64,000 nt of DNA from Paraspadella gotoi (GCA_051294375.1 CM119269.1:14643918-14707917); one strand, 5' to 3'. Numbered from the stretch's first letter, positions 28,281 to 47,848 are shown. A program made the numbers and translations. The notes: a model not told the origin generated them from the sequence alone.

Positions 28281-29853
28281 ATGGCGGCCGAACCGATCTT
28301 CGCCGTCCCTTGGCGCGATCACAAGCACGACGGGAAACTCATCGAAGAAATGGCGAGAAAATGGCAACAATTAATCGAATAATCAATCACTCATTCTGTA
28401 GTCGGGCATGTTATTTATTAGTCAATTAATCGGTCATTAAATAAATAAATAACATCCTACCGATCAATGCAATAAGTGAAATATCAATGTTAAATCAATC
28501 TTTCAATCAATCACTTCAAACTAATCAATGCAATTAGTGAAATATCAATCAATCAATCAAATCAAATCAAATCAGGCTTCCAAAATGTTCGGTCAAGACG
28601 GCATCGGCTTCAATAACTACGCCTACGAGGAATGTAGGCAAAGAGTCATTCCCGTTTTCAAAATTAACGACTTGGAGAAGATTCAGGAGAGACTGTTGTC
28701 AAGGTTGGAAATGAATAAACAAATGAATAAATACTTAAATCGAGAAATGAATAAATAATATATTGTGGACGCAACAAGTTTATTTTGGTTGTACCAATTT
28801 CATACATAAATTTAAAAATAATTGAGTAATAAACCTCCCCCCCCCTCTCAAACGCGTCCATAAAAAGGCCGATCCTCTTCAAAGCGGTTGTGATGAAGGA
28901 CGAACCGAGAAAAGCTTCACTCGTTCACGGTTTTCACGGAAACAGACAAGACTTTGCGCTGCTGATGAACACCAAGCAAGATGAACTGTTGAATGCGTTG
29001 TTTGAATGATGAACTGTTTGATTCATAGATTTATTTCGTCTTTGAATGATTTGATTTGATTGATTTAATTAATTTGTGGGATTTATTCAATGATTAGAAA
29101 CGAAGAAGTAAGTTCGATGATTAAAAAGTCGCTGGAATCCATGAAGCAACAGATGTCGAAATCTCGGGCCAAGTTTTGCGTCCCCATAGATATCAACTCC
29201 AGATTCAATTATTGGTTCAAGGTTGGGAAGAGAGAGATCGAAAGGAAGAGCGAATCACTCGCGAACGACTCATCGTCTCACGTGACACCGACTCTCCGCT
29301 ATGAGTGACGTGATATCAATTACTCGTTGCACAAGTTGGGGGAAAAACGTCGGTCCCTAAATTGCGTCGCGTGCTGACGCTTCGTTTCCGGACCGTAAAG
29401 TCCCGGGCTCTAGATAAAATCGTCAACTGTTGTTGAGTTAGATTAGCAGGCCGGTCAACCCACTTGTAGAAAGCCTACCGCTCTGATCCCTAGTGCAGAT
29501 GACATGAGAGAAACATATCCCGAATGATGTATGGGAAATGATATGAGTTGAGAGGAAAATTTATTGGATGAAGTCTTAAAATGGACACCCTACGAACATG
29601 TGAAAGAGCATGGCACACTCTCACGTGTAACTTGTTACTGGTCAGTTAGTCAGTTAGTGGTCACCTTCTCCAAATTCCCCGCCACCTGTAGTCTCTGATC
29701 GTGCGTCAAACGTCCTTTCACGATTCGACGATGACCTACGGAACTTTTTGCGCCGTCATCTACATCACAAACGTAGTGGAGGCGGCTGAGGGCGGGAACA
29801 CAATGACGAGGGTCACTCGATGCGGAAAGTGTCAGTGCGTGCACGACGCCTGA
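28281..29853 (+). CDS. Unknown ~197-aa protein, 'gene G'. Exons 28281-28352, 28576-28703, 28868-28975, 29098-29221, 29692-29853; introns 1 and 3 are GC-AG
   Basis: All four junctions are in phase (0, 2, 2, 0), with donors GCGAGA, GTTGGA, GCAAGA and GTTGGG. The product has ordinary globular-protein composition and its C-terminus aligns with gene A's last exon. Confidence 0.65.
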
Positions 29854-32432
29854 TGCGTGCACAGCGGTGCGTGTGAATGGCTAACGTCGCGAAAGTGCGT
29901 GCACGTCGCATGAAGATTCCGTTGTATAGTAATTATGCAGGGAGGTTCAGCTCTTTTCGGAAAATATTTAAAAAAAATAATTTTGATGGATAAATAATAT
30001 TGTAATATAATAAAAAATATTACAAATGTAAACAAATGTATTGGGCAATACAATACATTCAAAAAAATTTTCTGGTCAGATTGGGTATCAATCGAAAGAC
30101 AGAAGGAACCAGTTTCTGGATTTTTTTTTCTCGAGCTGTGAGTACCTAAACTTTTTCCGAAAACACCTTGACCTCCCGGTATTTTAAGTGGTGAAGTTTG
30201 TCGTTGTCTGTTCAAGCATATTTTTAAAATTAAAATGAAGGAATACTCACAATTGAACTTTAATTTAATCTCAGTCTAAACTAATAACAGGGGTAGCTTT
30301 CAAGAGAGGTAGTAGGAAAGAGTGCTAAGTATGTAAAAATGGTCGTCTGAATATTTCTCTTTATTCCAATGATTTCAACCTCTAGCATTTTGTAGGTTTG
30401 CGATATCAAAAATAAATTTACTTCTGCCCCTTTTCTTCTCTGTGTAAAAAAAAAAAGACGAAAATAAAAAAAGAAAACCAAAAAACCGTCCGTCTTTTTC
30501 ATTATTGATTGTGATCGATTTTCTTTCTTTTCTTTTCTTTTCGGATTTTGTCATCGACGAATTATTTTCTTCCCAGATTTAGAATTAGATTTAGATTTAG
30601 ATTTAGAATGATTAATCTTGGCGCCCTGTGTTTTCGCCAGACCACCGGCAATCGGACCAGAAATTCAACCCTGAATGGAAACTTTATTCGCCGTCATCGT
30701 TGACGTTGTAGTCACAAAAATATTTAATTAATATTTTATATTTGGCTCGAACAATATCGACTGGGTAGAACAAACAAAAAAAAAACAATTAAGCGACGAC
30801 AATATGATTGATTATTAAATAATTACTGACTGGGCTCTGAAATAGTTAACCTTTGTTAGTCGATATTGTTCCTAAGTGAAATCGGCAAAATTGGAAAAAT
30901 AATTGTTTTTTTTTTAATTTTTGGAAAGTTTGCGTTAACTTGGCAATAAATGAAAAAAATTTTAAAAAGGAGGAAGGAAAAATGACGCGAAGAAGAAGAA
31001 GAAGAAGAAGAAGAAGAAGAAGAAGAAGAAGAAGAAGAAGAAGAAGAAGAAGAAGAAGAAGAAGATAATGAAAGAGAATAAAGAGAAGCAACAAACGTTA
31101 AAATCGGAAGGAGGGAGCGAAAAAAAAAAGATTTTCGATCTGGAAAAAAAAACGAAAAAACCGAAGGATCGAATTTCCTCTCGCGTCAGAAGCGACGCTC
31201 CTCGGTGAAGCCAACGGGAGGAGGAAGAGGAAGAGGAAGAAGGAAATAGACGACTTCCTCGTGGTGAGTTTTTTTTTTTTTTTTTTTTTTTGAGGACGCC
31301 GCGCGGAGGTCCGCGGTGGCGCCGCAGAAATCTGAGGCGCGCGTAGACGAAGACGACGACGACGAGGATGAAGACGACGACGATGTCGACGAATAAAGCG
31401 CAAACGAATAGAAAATCCTTTTTCCTTCTTTTTCTCTCTTCGATTCGAACACGATGAGTCGCGGCTGAGTTTTTTTTTCCTCGAATATTTTAATATTAAT
31501 ATTTTGATATTTAAATATCTTAAATTCCGAGTTTGAAATTGTTATTTTTTTAAACGACGAACTGCTCGTGGCATCGTCTTTCACACGTTGAATTTTTAAT
31601 CGCGAGCGCTTTATTTTGCATTACTAAATTTTGGATTTATTACGGCTCTTGTCATTTTAAGAACCGAGACTTTTGTCAAATATCAGTGATCATCTGTATC
31701 GTCTTATACTAGCTTAGTTTAAAAATAACTATAAAACTATCATCTTGCCATTTTATCTCACTTCCATAATTTTTGGCTTTCGGTTTTATAAACTTGTTGA
31801 AATAAAATTTACAATTATGAATTTTTTAAATAGTCTTTAAATTCTGTTTAACAGTTTACTGGTTAGTGGTTAGTGACAGAGAGTACAGCTTCTGTAATTA
31901 TTCCTGCCCAACTTTCGTTAATTGCATCTAATCTCAGCGCAAGAAATTGGCGTTTTGGAGAAATCAGAAATCTTTAATATTTCCGCGCGACCACTAACCT
32001 CGTTTACTCCCTTAAAATAACTTAAATCAAGTAATATTTTTTTATTGTATCATATATGATTAATTTAAATATAAACTCCTTTTTTCTTTTTAACTTTCCC
32101 CACTAGCGAAAACCGAGTCAAATCCAATTCAAACCAAAAATAAATGAAAAGCGACGCCAGGAAAAACGCAAAAACTCTCAGCTGTGGACAGAAATTCGAA
32201 ATATGTCAAGTACCAAAGCCCAAAACTGAAAAAAACAAACAAACAAACAAACAAACCAGACAACAAAAATCGATCATTGTTCGAAAGAAATTTCAAATCG
32301 AGTTCACGAACTGCGGGGGCGTATATGTCATCGAACGTAATCCACCGAAACGATTTGGCGCGATTTACTCTCCGTATCAAAAGAGGCGATATCTTGACGC
32401 GTATTTCATTGAATCCAATTCTGGTTGAACGG

Positions 32433-37887
<5,455 letters not shown>

Positions 37888-40364
37888 GAATACCCTTCGA
37901 TCCGACCGTTGGGAGATCCTAGATGCCTCTTTGGGGCGCCAATCAAAGCTTTCGATTATTCTATGCTGAGGTTCAGACGGTTTCATTAATTTCCGACTCT
38001 GAGCCAATCGTATTTCTGAAAATCTCTTAATCTTGTTTTTTTTTTTCACTTTAATTTCAAAAAGTAGTTGACTTAATGATCGAGGTGTAAACCTGAATAA
38101 AGAACGAGTTATACCAGAAATTTAACGAGATTTATCGCTCTGTGGGTGCGTTTCTCAATTCATTCCTTCTTTAACTTCTGCAGATAATGTAGAACAACCG
38201 ATTTTTAGCAGTAGATAATTCCACGGCCAAAATTATTGTAACAACACGAAAGCCTCTCAGCCTTCCTATTTTTTTCCCCTCTTTAAAGAGATGAGTCATT
38301 CGACAGAGAGAAAAAGGTTCATTCGAATCAGTTTTCGTGTCAGAACAGAAAATGTTTATATCTCGAGAAGAAGAAGAAGAGGAGGAGGAGGAGGAGGAGG
38401 AAGATCGAAGAGAAGTATTTTGAAGCTTGATTGTCCATCCCGCCTTCCTCGCTACATTCCTCGGGAGTTAGTGTACAAGACTCAAGAGATCGGCGGGAGT
38501 CTATTATTGAAGGTGCGGCGGGTCTCAATCTCTCGCCTCGGGAGGAAGGGTGGTGAGGTGGGGGGAAGAAGGTGGTAGGACGGGGAGGAAGGTGGTAGGA
38601 TCGGGAGGAGGTCTGATGAGGAAGAAGAAACAGAGAAATTGTGAATCCTCTTTCAGATTGAGTTGTTTGCGTGGGCGGGAAGACACTGAAGAACCACAAA
38701 TTTTACAATCCACAATTTCGTGTTACATTCAAAAACTAATTTTTGTTCATGTTTTTTTTTCAAGAACAATTTTATGAGGACATAAAAGCTAAAATTGAAA
38801 TTGAATACATATTACATGCATACTACCTCAGGAAATAGTAACTAAAATAATCTTTGTATTAGACCAATTACAACTAACTTGTTTTTAATCCCTTTTAATA
38901 TTAATATTTTTTGTCATAAACTCTTTGACTTATCTCTCCCGTTCCATTCCGATCTTTGACCGTGAAGCTTCCGTAATCACTCGCCAAGATAATCGTTTAC
39001 ATTTACCGCAAATTACGTCCACTGGAGTAAAAAAAAAGCCCTCAATCCTCTTGTAGTTTATTTCATTGATAAATTTCGATTTCTTCTGAGGCCGGCCAAG
39101 CGACGGGGAACGATGTCGGAACGAGGAGCCTGCCGGGTCTTTTCTACGAGAGAAAGAAGAGCGAAATTGAGGAAGAGGAAGATCCCCTGAGACTTGAAGG
39201 ATGCGAGGATGAGGGAAGAGGAATACCTCGCGAAGCTTCTCGTCGACTCGGTTTGTCCGACTTCCGCGAAACCGGACTTCGTTGTACTTTTTTTCGGTTG
39301 TACTTTTGCGTCCAGAGTCAATTCCTCCGTCCTCTTCTAAGAATCGCGGTTTTTCATTCATATTTCGTCTCCTTTGTTTTTCGAATCACGTGACGTAAAC
39401 AAAGAAAAGTCCGCGCGTGGCGGATTCGAACCCACGTATTTCGACATCGAATCCTCGGTTTTTGCGGTTTTTCTTTTTTCTTTTTTTTTAAATCTGTTAT
39501 TTTTTTTCTTCTCGAGAGTGGCTCAAAAGCTCCTTTGCTTATTCACCGGTTATTTATATGGTCCTTTTGAGATAATGAGTTTCGCTATTATTATTGAGGT
39601 GGCCTCAAGTTAATCATTAAAAACACTTGTTGGTACTAATTTGCGGATCGGACGATCCTATCATGTGAACTTTAGACGAATTAGATGTTATTATAAAAAT
39701 ATTTGAGTGATGAATTGCTTCTTTAAGAAGTTAACCATTATTTAAACGTTTTTAACCGAGTTTAAATCAAGTAATATCTTGTAACATAATTTTTTTTTCT
39801 GAAAGATTTTAAAACTGTGCCCCTTGTTTGAAATTTTTATTTTCAGCCCGAATTTGAGTATTATTTTAATTTAATTATATGAATTTAAGTCCCCGTATTT
39901 TTTCCATGGATTTTAATTTAAAAATTTTATATAATATCATCAATATCAGTAGAAATTAGGTGAAACCCCGAGTGAGGCTTTAAGAACATACTATCTCATC
40001 ATCGTCGTCGTTGTCATCTTCGTCGTCGCCGTCGTCGTCGTCGTCGTTGTCGTCGTCGTCGTCGTCGTCGTCGTCGTCCTCATCCACGATTTCGTCTTCC
40101 GCTCCAAGTTTTCGACCTCAGGTGACGACGCCTGCGATTTAGAGTTTTTGTCGCTTTAACTTTTTAATACTGACTTCTGTGAGGGTGTCATAACGACGAC
40201 GACGACGAAGAAGACGACGACGACGTCGAAGAAGACGACGAAGACGACGACAACGCCGGCGACAGCCAAGTTAGACTTCCGGGCGCCGATGTTCGTTACA
40301 TGCGAACAGGTTCCCGGGTTCGAGTACCGTCATTTCCCATCTATTTTCCTTTATATTCACTCAC

Positions 40365-40485
<121 letters not shown>

Positions 40486-41194
40486 ACCTTCCCGTCGAAC
40501 GTGATTCACTTGTCTATTTTTATCGTTTGTGAATCGAACTGTTGTTGTTCATTCTTTCTTCAGTCATATCAGCCAAAAAGACAACGTGTCTTTTCAACCG
40601 TTTTTTTTGGTTTCGAATCTAAACTCGTTTTCGACGGAAATAAAAATGTTTATGTTTTTGTTTTTAATTTTCGATGCTCTTTTTTTTCTTATCTCTAAAT
40701 CCGCCCCCTGGTTTTTTGTCCGCGAAGACGACGCCCGTTGATTTCATCTTTCAGTGAATCATTTCCTCTTCAATTTTTAAACACGACAACAACCAGAATT
40801 TATTTTTTTCGAAAATTCATTTTAAATTTTAAATAAAATTAATTTTGTGATATTTTTCGTAAAGAAGCCTAAGGAAACATCGGACGCAGATTAGTCCACT
40901 ATTCGAGCGTAGAAGCGGACGTCAGCGGTCAATTTGAAGATGTCGTTTTAAAAGACGTTGGATGTTTAGATAAGAAACATTTATCGCTCGGAATTTGACA
41001 CTGGACACTGGACAGTTGTTCGATGTTCTCATTCTGCGCCCGATGGTCTCTTCGATGATGCCAGAAATTGCAACGCTATTGCTGACGAAGAAAACCTTCA
41101 ACCGTTCACTTGGCATTTGACATTAACTATATCATCAGCGACTATTTCCTCTATGTTTCGTCATACCTCATTTCCTGTCGTTGACGCGAAATAG

Positions 41195-42515
41195 ATCTCC
41201 CGAACGCCATCTCTGGCCAAACATTGTAAACTAGAAAAATCGCATCATCTTCTCCTCAACTCGACGATCGATTCCGAACCCGACTTTCCCCTCATCCACG
41301 ACGACCGGCTTCAAACTTTCCTTCGGCCCCGCGACGACCCATTCCTGAAACCACACCCCCCCCCACCGTCGCCGCCGCCGCAACCTCCTTCGGTCTCGAC
41401 AACCTCTTCAGCGATGGTGATGAAGATTCCGGAACCGCCGACGACGACGAAGACGACGACGCTCCTGGGTCCGCTCCAGTCGCTACCCTGGACGAGGCTG
41501 TTGAGTCGACGCTCCAACGGGGACGAAGCGGAGGACGACGAGGTCGTTGAGGGTCTCCCCTGCGTCAAGGCGTTCGCCTTCGATCAACATCCTTTGAAGA
41601 TGCAGCAACCTCAGCAGGCGCAGCATTCGAAGCAGCATCTGTCAGCGTTGCCTTCAGACGCTTCCTCTAAGACGGCGACAGGAAACTCCTGGACTCACGG
41701 ATTTTGGGAACAAGCGACGACGGAGATGACGTTGCCAACGACGATGACGACGACGATGACGACGACTAACGACGTCTTCGCCGCGAATCAAGATTTCGTC
41801 TTTGGCGCCGAAGAATCTTCGCCGCTCAAAAGCCTCTCTCCCGCGAGGCAGCAACGCTTCGTCGAGCATCATCCACTGCAGCAATATCAACAGCATCCCT
41901 ACAACTCTTCTCCCGACCATGATCATCCTCATCATCATCATCAGCACCTCTACCACCCTTACCTCCAAGAATTCCATCGACATCACTCTCGCTTCGAACG
42001 CTCCGTCCTCGATCATCCTTTACCGCAGCAACCCGACAAACTCCAGCAACGAACGTATCCACATCAACCCATCTCGCATCAACTACAGCAACGGGCGATT
42101 CCGCCGCAACATCCGACGCCGCAGCCGATGGACTCTCGCCGCGATCCGCTGCTCTGCGTCGACGGAGCCACCGACGCATCCGGATATGCGGCTCCGACTT
42201 CCGGCTTCTCTTCCTGCGGCGCTGACACCTTGGCCGGCGCTATTAGCTCTGGATTTGGCGTCGCGGCGTCCGACTTTGGCTCCTCCTCTCCCGGATTCAC
42301 TCTCGGCGGCGTCGGGACAACCGGCGTCCCCGTTTCCATTGCGACGCAAGAGACGATGTTTGTCTCGGAGTTCGACGTCGACGCCTCGTCTCCCTCCGCC
42401 CTCGCCTGGTTAGGCCAACGCGAAATTCAATTACATCCGGGATCCGAGTCACGACACCAATCTCCGGATGTGGACGTCGGCGGGGATCGAGAGGGTCAGG
42501 AAAAAACGTTCACAG
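41195..42515 (+). CDS. Large Gln/His/Thr-rich exon, 'module C', of unknown affiliation (own gene or alternative Runx 5' exon)
   Basis: About 440 open codons from the AG at 41193-41194 (ATG at 41414) to a phase-1 donor ACAG|GTGGGT. Composition resembles a transcription-factor activation region. Confidence 0.55.
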
Positions 42516-43072
42516 GTGGGTGAGGTTGGGTTAGATCGGCGGTGGTGAAAGCGTGAGACGTGAGTCTAGTGACTCCAACATGATTGGACCTGGACTGGTC
42601 CGGACAAACGGTATTAGACGCACGGAACTCTTTTCTTTTGTTGTATTCCCATCGTCTAATTGTCAACGTTGCCTCTGGCCGCGATCCCGGGAAACAAAGT
42701 GATCATTGATCACTGATCAAATACAGTTTGGTGAACGAGCTCATCGTCGTCGCCCATTTTAAGTCACCAAACATCCCCGGACTAATTAGTACTTTTTAAT
42801 TTCTCAATTTGCATTCACAAAATACAGAGGGCAAAGTTTCAATGTTCATGGAAGGGTTATAATAGTAAAATGTTACAAAACCAATTATTAGGAGCGCTAA
42901 ATAGCAATAAGAATCATCGTGAACTCATAACTCATTAAATAATTTACTACGATATGTAAATATTAATGAATTCAATCTCATTTGCTATTTATCTTTTCGT
43001 AGTCTTTAGGCTCTCTCCTTTTTCTCCGTATCAGCTATGTCAGCTTCTCATCCCTCGTCCGATTGAAACTAG

Positions 43073-43169
<97 letters not shown>

Positions 43170-43932
43170 GGTTTCGGCGTTTTGTCCTTTGTCGTTGTCG
43201 TCCTGGACCGATTCCGAAATATGGGGTCAGAGTAACTCATGACCCAAACTTTATTTTTTTCGGGGGAAAAAAAACTCGCATCATGAATTCGTTTTCTTTC
43301 GACACGAAATCGACGGATTTTCTTAAAGCGTCGGAGCCGAAGAAAAGGGGGGGACAAGGAGGGTGGGCCCATAGAGGGGAGCGGGGCACTGAAAGGGGCA
43401 GGTCCATCTTAGAAGGTCGTGTCAAGGGGCGAATGAACTCCATCTTCGACGTGTTGAATTCCTGACTTTTCCCTCTTTCCATCGCGACTTTCGAGTTGTT
43501 TTTTTTTTTAATCAAAAAAATTCTCCAGATTTTTCTCATTCCATTTGACGCCTAAAAATCGTTTCTGGATTCGATGATGAGAAGTTGATGTCTTTTTTTT
43601 TCGACATCTCGCGGTTTTGGTTTGTTTGTTTATATGGTTTCGTTTCGTATATCTTTTTCCCCCTTCTCTCTGCCCTCGCGTGTCTCTCCGCTGACAGGTT
43701 GACCTTCTCATCATCCATCTCACGGCGCTGTCTCCTCTGTCCGCAGTCTCCAGTGTTCAGTCCCCAGTCCCCCCTGACACTTTTTATCGATCTCACTTCT
43801 TTTCAAAATCGCTTTTTGTGTTTTGTCTTGATTATAACTCGTTTGTTGCTACTTCGAAGTAAAATGGGCTCATTATTAGGTGGGAAGGAATGAAGAGATA
43901 AAAAGAGAAAGAAATCGAGAGAGTAGAGAGGA

Positions 43933-44029
<97 letters not shown>

Positions 44030-44151
44030 AACATTTGACGTGGTTCATTTCTCATGCATTTCCGTTGACGACGTTGACGCCCCGTTCCACTGACATCCAC
44101 CATATTTTATCTAACCTCTGTAGTTGACAGCTATGTCAGTTTCTCTCTCTC

Positions 44152-44184
<33 letters not shown>

Positions 44185-45592
44185 CTCTCCCTCTCTCTTT
44201 TCTCTCTCTCTCTCTCTTCTCTCTCCTTCTGTTCTTTTTTTTCTTTTCTCTCTTCTTTTCTCTTCTCATTGTCTTTATTTCTCTCTCCCTCCTCTCTCTC
44301 TCCCTTTCCCTATTTTTCTCCCTCTCCTTTTTCCAAACTTTTATTTTTTTTTTCTCTTTCCATTTTTTCATTACGTCGCATGACTCGGCGCATCCTGGAT
44401 TCAACATCCGGGGGGGATGATACTAAATGACATTGGTCTCTTCGTCCTTGGTTTTCGTTTTAATTCGAGAACATAGATTCCTTTTACGATCATAAACTAA
44501 CATGGTTGATCTATTGACCATAAAGATGTCTAGTGGTTTAAGAAGAGAAATAAGAAAAAACAAACGACTCTCTCTCTCTCTCAAACTCTCTCTCTTCTCT
44601 TCCTTTACTTTTGCTTTTTTTTTTCACTGTTTCCTTTCTTTCTCCCTTGAGAAAGATTTTAATCAAAAGCTTGATATCGTTTTCTTAATCTTAACTTCGC
44701 TTTTTTTCTTTTAATAGTGACGTCATTGTTTTTATAAAGGTTTGTTAGAGGCACCAGCTGACAGTTTGACAGGGGAAATTAGTTTAGTAATCAATTCTCT
44801 ATTCCGAGATAGCTTCTCACTTTAACTAACTAGTTTTACCTTGAAAGAAAAATGATTTTTCATGTATATTCTCATGTATTTTTAATATTTTATTCTTGTA
44901 TAATAGTTACCGCATTAGGAGAAATTTAATTATTTATTTGCGATGAGGTGAATAACTTTTAATTTTCCCTGAATTTAACTCTAATCCGGTTTTAACGAAA
45001 CGTCAGCGGAAATCTTCCTATTCCGAGAAAAGAATTCTTTTTAAACTTTTATTTTTATTTTATTTTATTTTATTTTATTTTATTTTAAAACAATCTTTCT
45101 TAGTTCACGAAATTCAAAGAAGCGAGGGCGGAAGAACAAAACAAGTCAAGAAACTTACCAAAAAATAATTGTTTAACAAAATATTTTAACTTAATTCTAA
45201 AATCCCGTAAAAAAAATATATCGTTGTAATAATTTTTTCTTTAAAATCAAAGATTAGTGAATTTTAAAACTACCCATAACTGAGAAACTGGTTTATTTTG
45301 TTTGTATTTTGTTGGATTTTTTTTCTTAAATTAAACTTTAAAACTTTATTTCGAAGGGCTTATCTTTTGTTTCGTCAAACCATCCCAACCGTTTTATCCC
45401 GCCTGAGCGCTACTTGTACTCTGGCCGTCCCATTTGAAGAATTTATAAAAATGAACAACGATTTGGAAAGTCGAGTTGCCCGATGGTTTGTGTTCTGGCC
45501 CGAGACTTGGGGGGTTTCATAATACTCGTTTAGACTGATAAGTACTGCAAACTAAAATAATAAAGTATGATAATCAATAAAGAATAATATAA

Positions 45593-45721
45593 CCTGCTAT
45601 GTCATTATCTTGTAAGAGTGATGGAGGCCAAAGCCTGTCCAAAGTCAGGGGCAAGATAGCTTATTTATTAAATGAATGGATAATTTTTATATTGGTTGTA
45701 CCAATTTCATATTATATTGGA

Positions 45722-45812
<91 letters not shown>
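45593..45812 (+). mobile_element. 5'-truncated SINE-like copy with an (ATT)n tail
   Basis: Near-identical to the 15.3 kb copy, followed by about 30 ATT units. Confidence 0.8.
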
Positions 45813-45818
<6 letters not shown>

Positions 45819-46317
45819 TATTCAACTTTTAAGACATTTTATTATATTGTACGTTTAGGAAAATTGATAGAGAATATTGGAAATTCAAAAATAGTGCTGG
45901 AGTTGTAATTTAAAAAAAAAACAGATTAGATTTCTATATCAATCGCTGTCCTGTGTTTAATATACCTATAATGTCTCAAAATTTTCTTGATTTATGAAGG
46001 GATGAATGTATCTCTACTACAACGAAGATGATGACGACGAAGTCGACGAATGAGTTTCCCGGTTTTTCAATTCGGTTGGGAAATGACTTTTATTGTTTTT
46101 TCTGGTTTTTGCCGGCGAAGAACTTGTAAAAAAAGGCCACCCCGAACCCCAACAGGGTATCAGGGTATCAGCATTCTATTTTTAAATTCGGATGCGCTGA
46201 TAATTAGAAGAAAAACATTCGTTTAATTATGAAAAGATATTTTAATATTAGCATCGCTTTTATTAAAAACTCAAAATCATAAACCAAACTCCTTGCTTTT
46301 TTTCCTTCGTACACTTT

Positions 46318-46505
46318 TAGTTCGTAATTAGCAACAATTGTTTTTCTTCAACAACGATTTTTATTTAGAATAAAAACAGCCATGTTTCGACTCTGTTTCG
46401 AGTCTTCATCAGCGCGATTGAATCGAAAGATGTCTGTTTTTATTCTAAATAAAAATCGTTGTTGAAGAAAAATAATTATTGCTAATATCATCTAGTTCGT
46501 AATTA
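46318..46505 (-). mobile_element. Penelope-type hammerhead foldback insertion with 13-bp flanking direct repeats
   Basis: Inverted arms of ~53 bp enclose CTGATGA-A-GACTC-gaaaca-GAGTC-GAAA-CATG on the - strand. TAGTTCGTAATTA occurs at 46318-46330 and 46493-46505. Confidence 0.8.
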
Positions 46506-46919
46506 TAGTTTTAACAATATTAGTGGCAGTCAATCTACGAAGATCCCAAAATCTATTTCCCAGTCTCTTTTTAAGAAATGTTATGTTTGTTAATATGATA
46601 GATACACTACAATATTATGTAGTTGTAGCAGAAATTGATATTGCTTGTCACGCATTCCCCTTAATCGTCGTAATTTCGCGAGTCGAAATCGTCTCTTCGT
46701 CCTTCGTTGACGCGCGCCGCCGAGCCGTCTCACATTTCAGTTCCGTGTCACATCTCAGTTCTCACACTCACCTTATCTTCCTCCTCTTCCTCCTCCTCCT
46801 CTTCTTCCCCCTTCTCTCCCTCGCTCTTCCCTTCGCGATTTCGTCAACAAAAAAGGAAGAAAGAAGATAAAAGGGGGAAAAGAAAATCTCTCTCTCTCTC
46901 TCTGCTCTCTCTCTTCCTC

Positions 46920-46950
<31 letters not shown>

Positions 46951-47171
46951 GTCTCTCTCTCCTCTCTCTCTCTCCATGCCTTTATTCGCTCTTCCTCCTC
47001 CCCCTTTTTCCCTTCACCCGTTCCACCGTCGGTTTTTCCTTCTCTCTCCTCCTCTCTTCCTCCTCCTCATCATCGTTTTCATCTTCTCTTCCTCTTCCTC
47101 TTTCCGATACATTACGTTGTGCTTTTTATCGTTCGGATTTTTCTTCCTTCGCGCGGATCCATGGTGCCGTC

Positions 47172-47202
<31 letters not shown>

Positions 47203-47410
47203 ATCATCATCGTCGTCGTCTTTTTCTCCCCATGACGAGCGTTTGGCATTTCGAACGCGTTTCTTCGTCTCACGCTCAGAATTTTTTTTTTTTTGTTAAC
47301 TTGTGAATTTTAACATCTTTTACAATCTTTTCGGGGCCGCGAAAAGTAAAAAAATAATCGCTTTTCTTTCGTCGTGAACAACCTGCGAGAGAGAGAGAGA
47401 GAGAGAGAGA

Positions 47411-47519
<109 letters not shown>

Positions 47520-47663
47520 AGAGAGAGAGATTTCGATCTTCCATAATAAACCGAGAAGGCGGTGAACAAAAACAATTTGTGAAGTGAAAGCGAAAAATTC
47601 TGTCTCTGTCATTTTCTTCGTCACAGTCGTCATCATAGTCGCTTTGTTATTACGTCCGCGTTT

Positions 47664-47848
47664 GTCATTTTCCTCATTGTCATTTTCCTCATTGTCATTT
47701 TCCTCATTGTCATTTTCCTCATTGTCATTTTCCTCATTGCCATTTTCCTCATTGTCATTTTCCTCATTGTCATTTTCCTCATTGTCATTTTCCTCATTGC
47801 CATTTTCCTCATTGTCATTTTCCTCATTGTCATTTTCCTCATTGTCAT
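47664..47848. repeat. 15-bp minisatellite x~12
   Basis: (tcattttcctcattg)n with a recurring t>c variant. Confidence 0.9.

Noticed and set aside
39410-39450. GGTTCGAATCC B-box on the - strand as a tRNA gene
   Set aside because: No A-box, D arm or anticodon arm, and the T stem is broken.
40255-40332. tRNA-like stretch with a TGTTCG/CGAACA stem and GGTTCGAGT
   Set aside because: Acceptor and T stems do not pair; at best a decayed SINE head.
44968-45010. CTGA...GAAACGTC possible minimal hammerhead
   Set aside because: The CUGANGA core is incomplete and there is no stem II.
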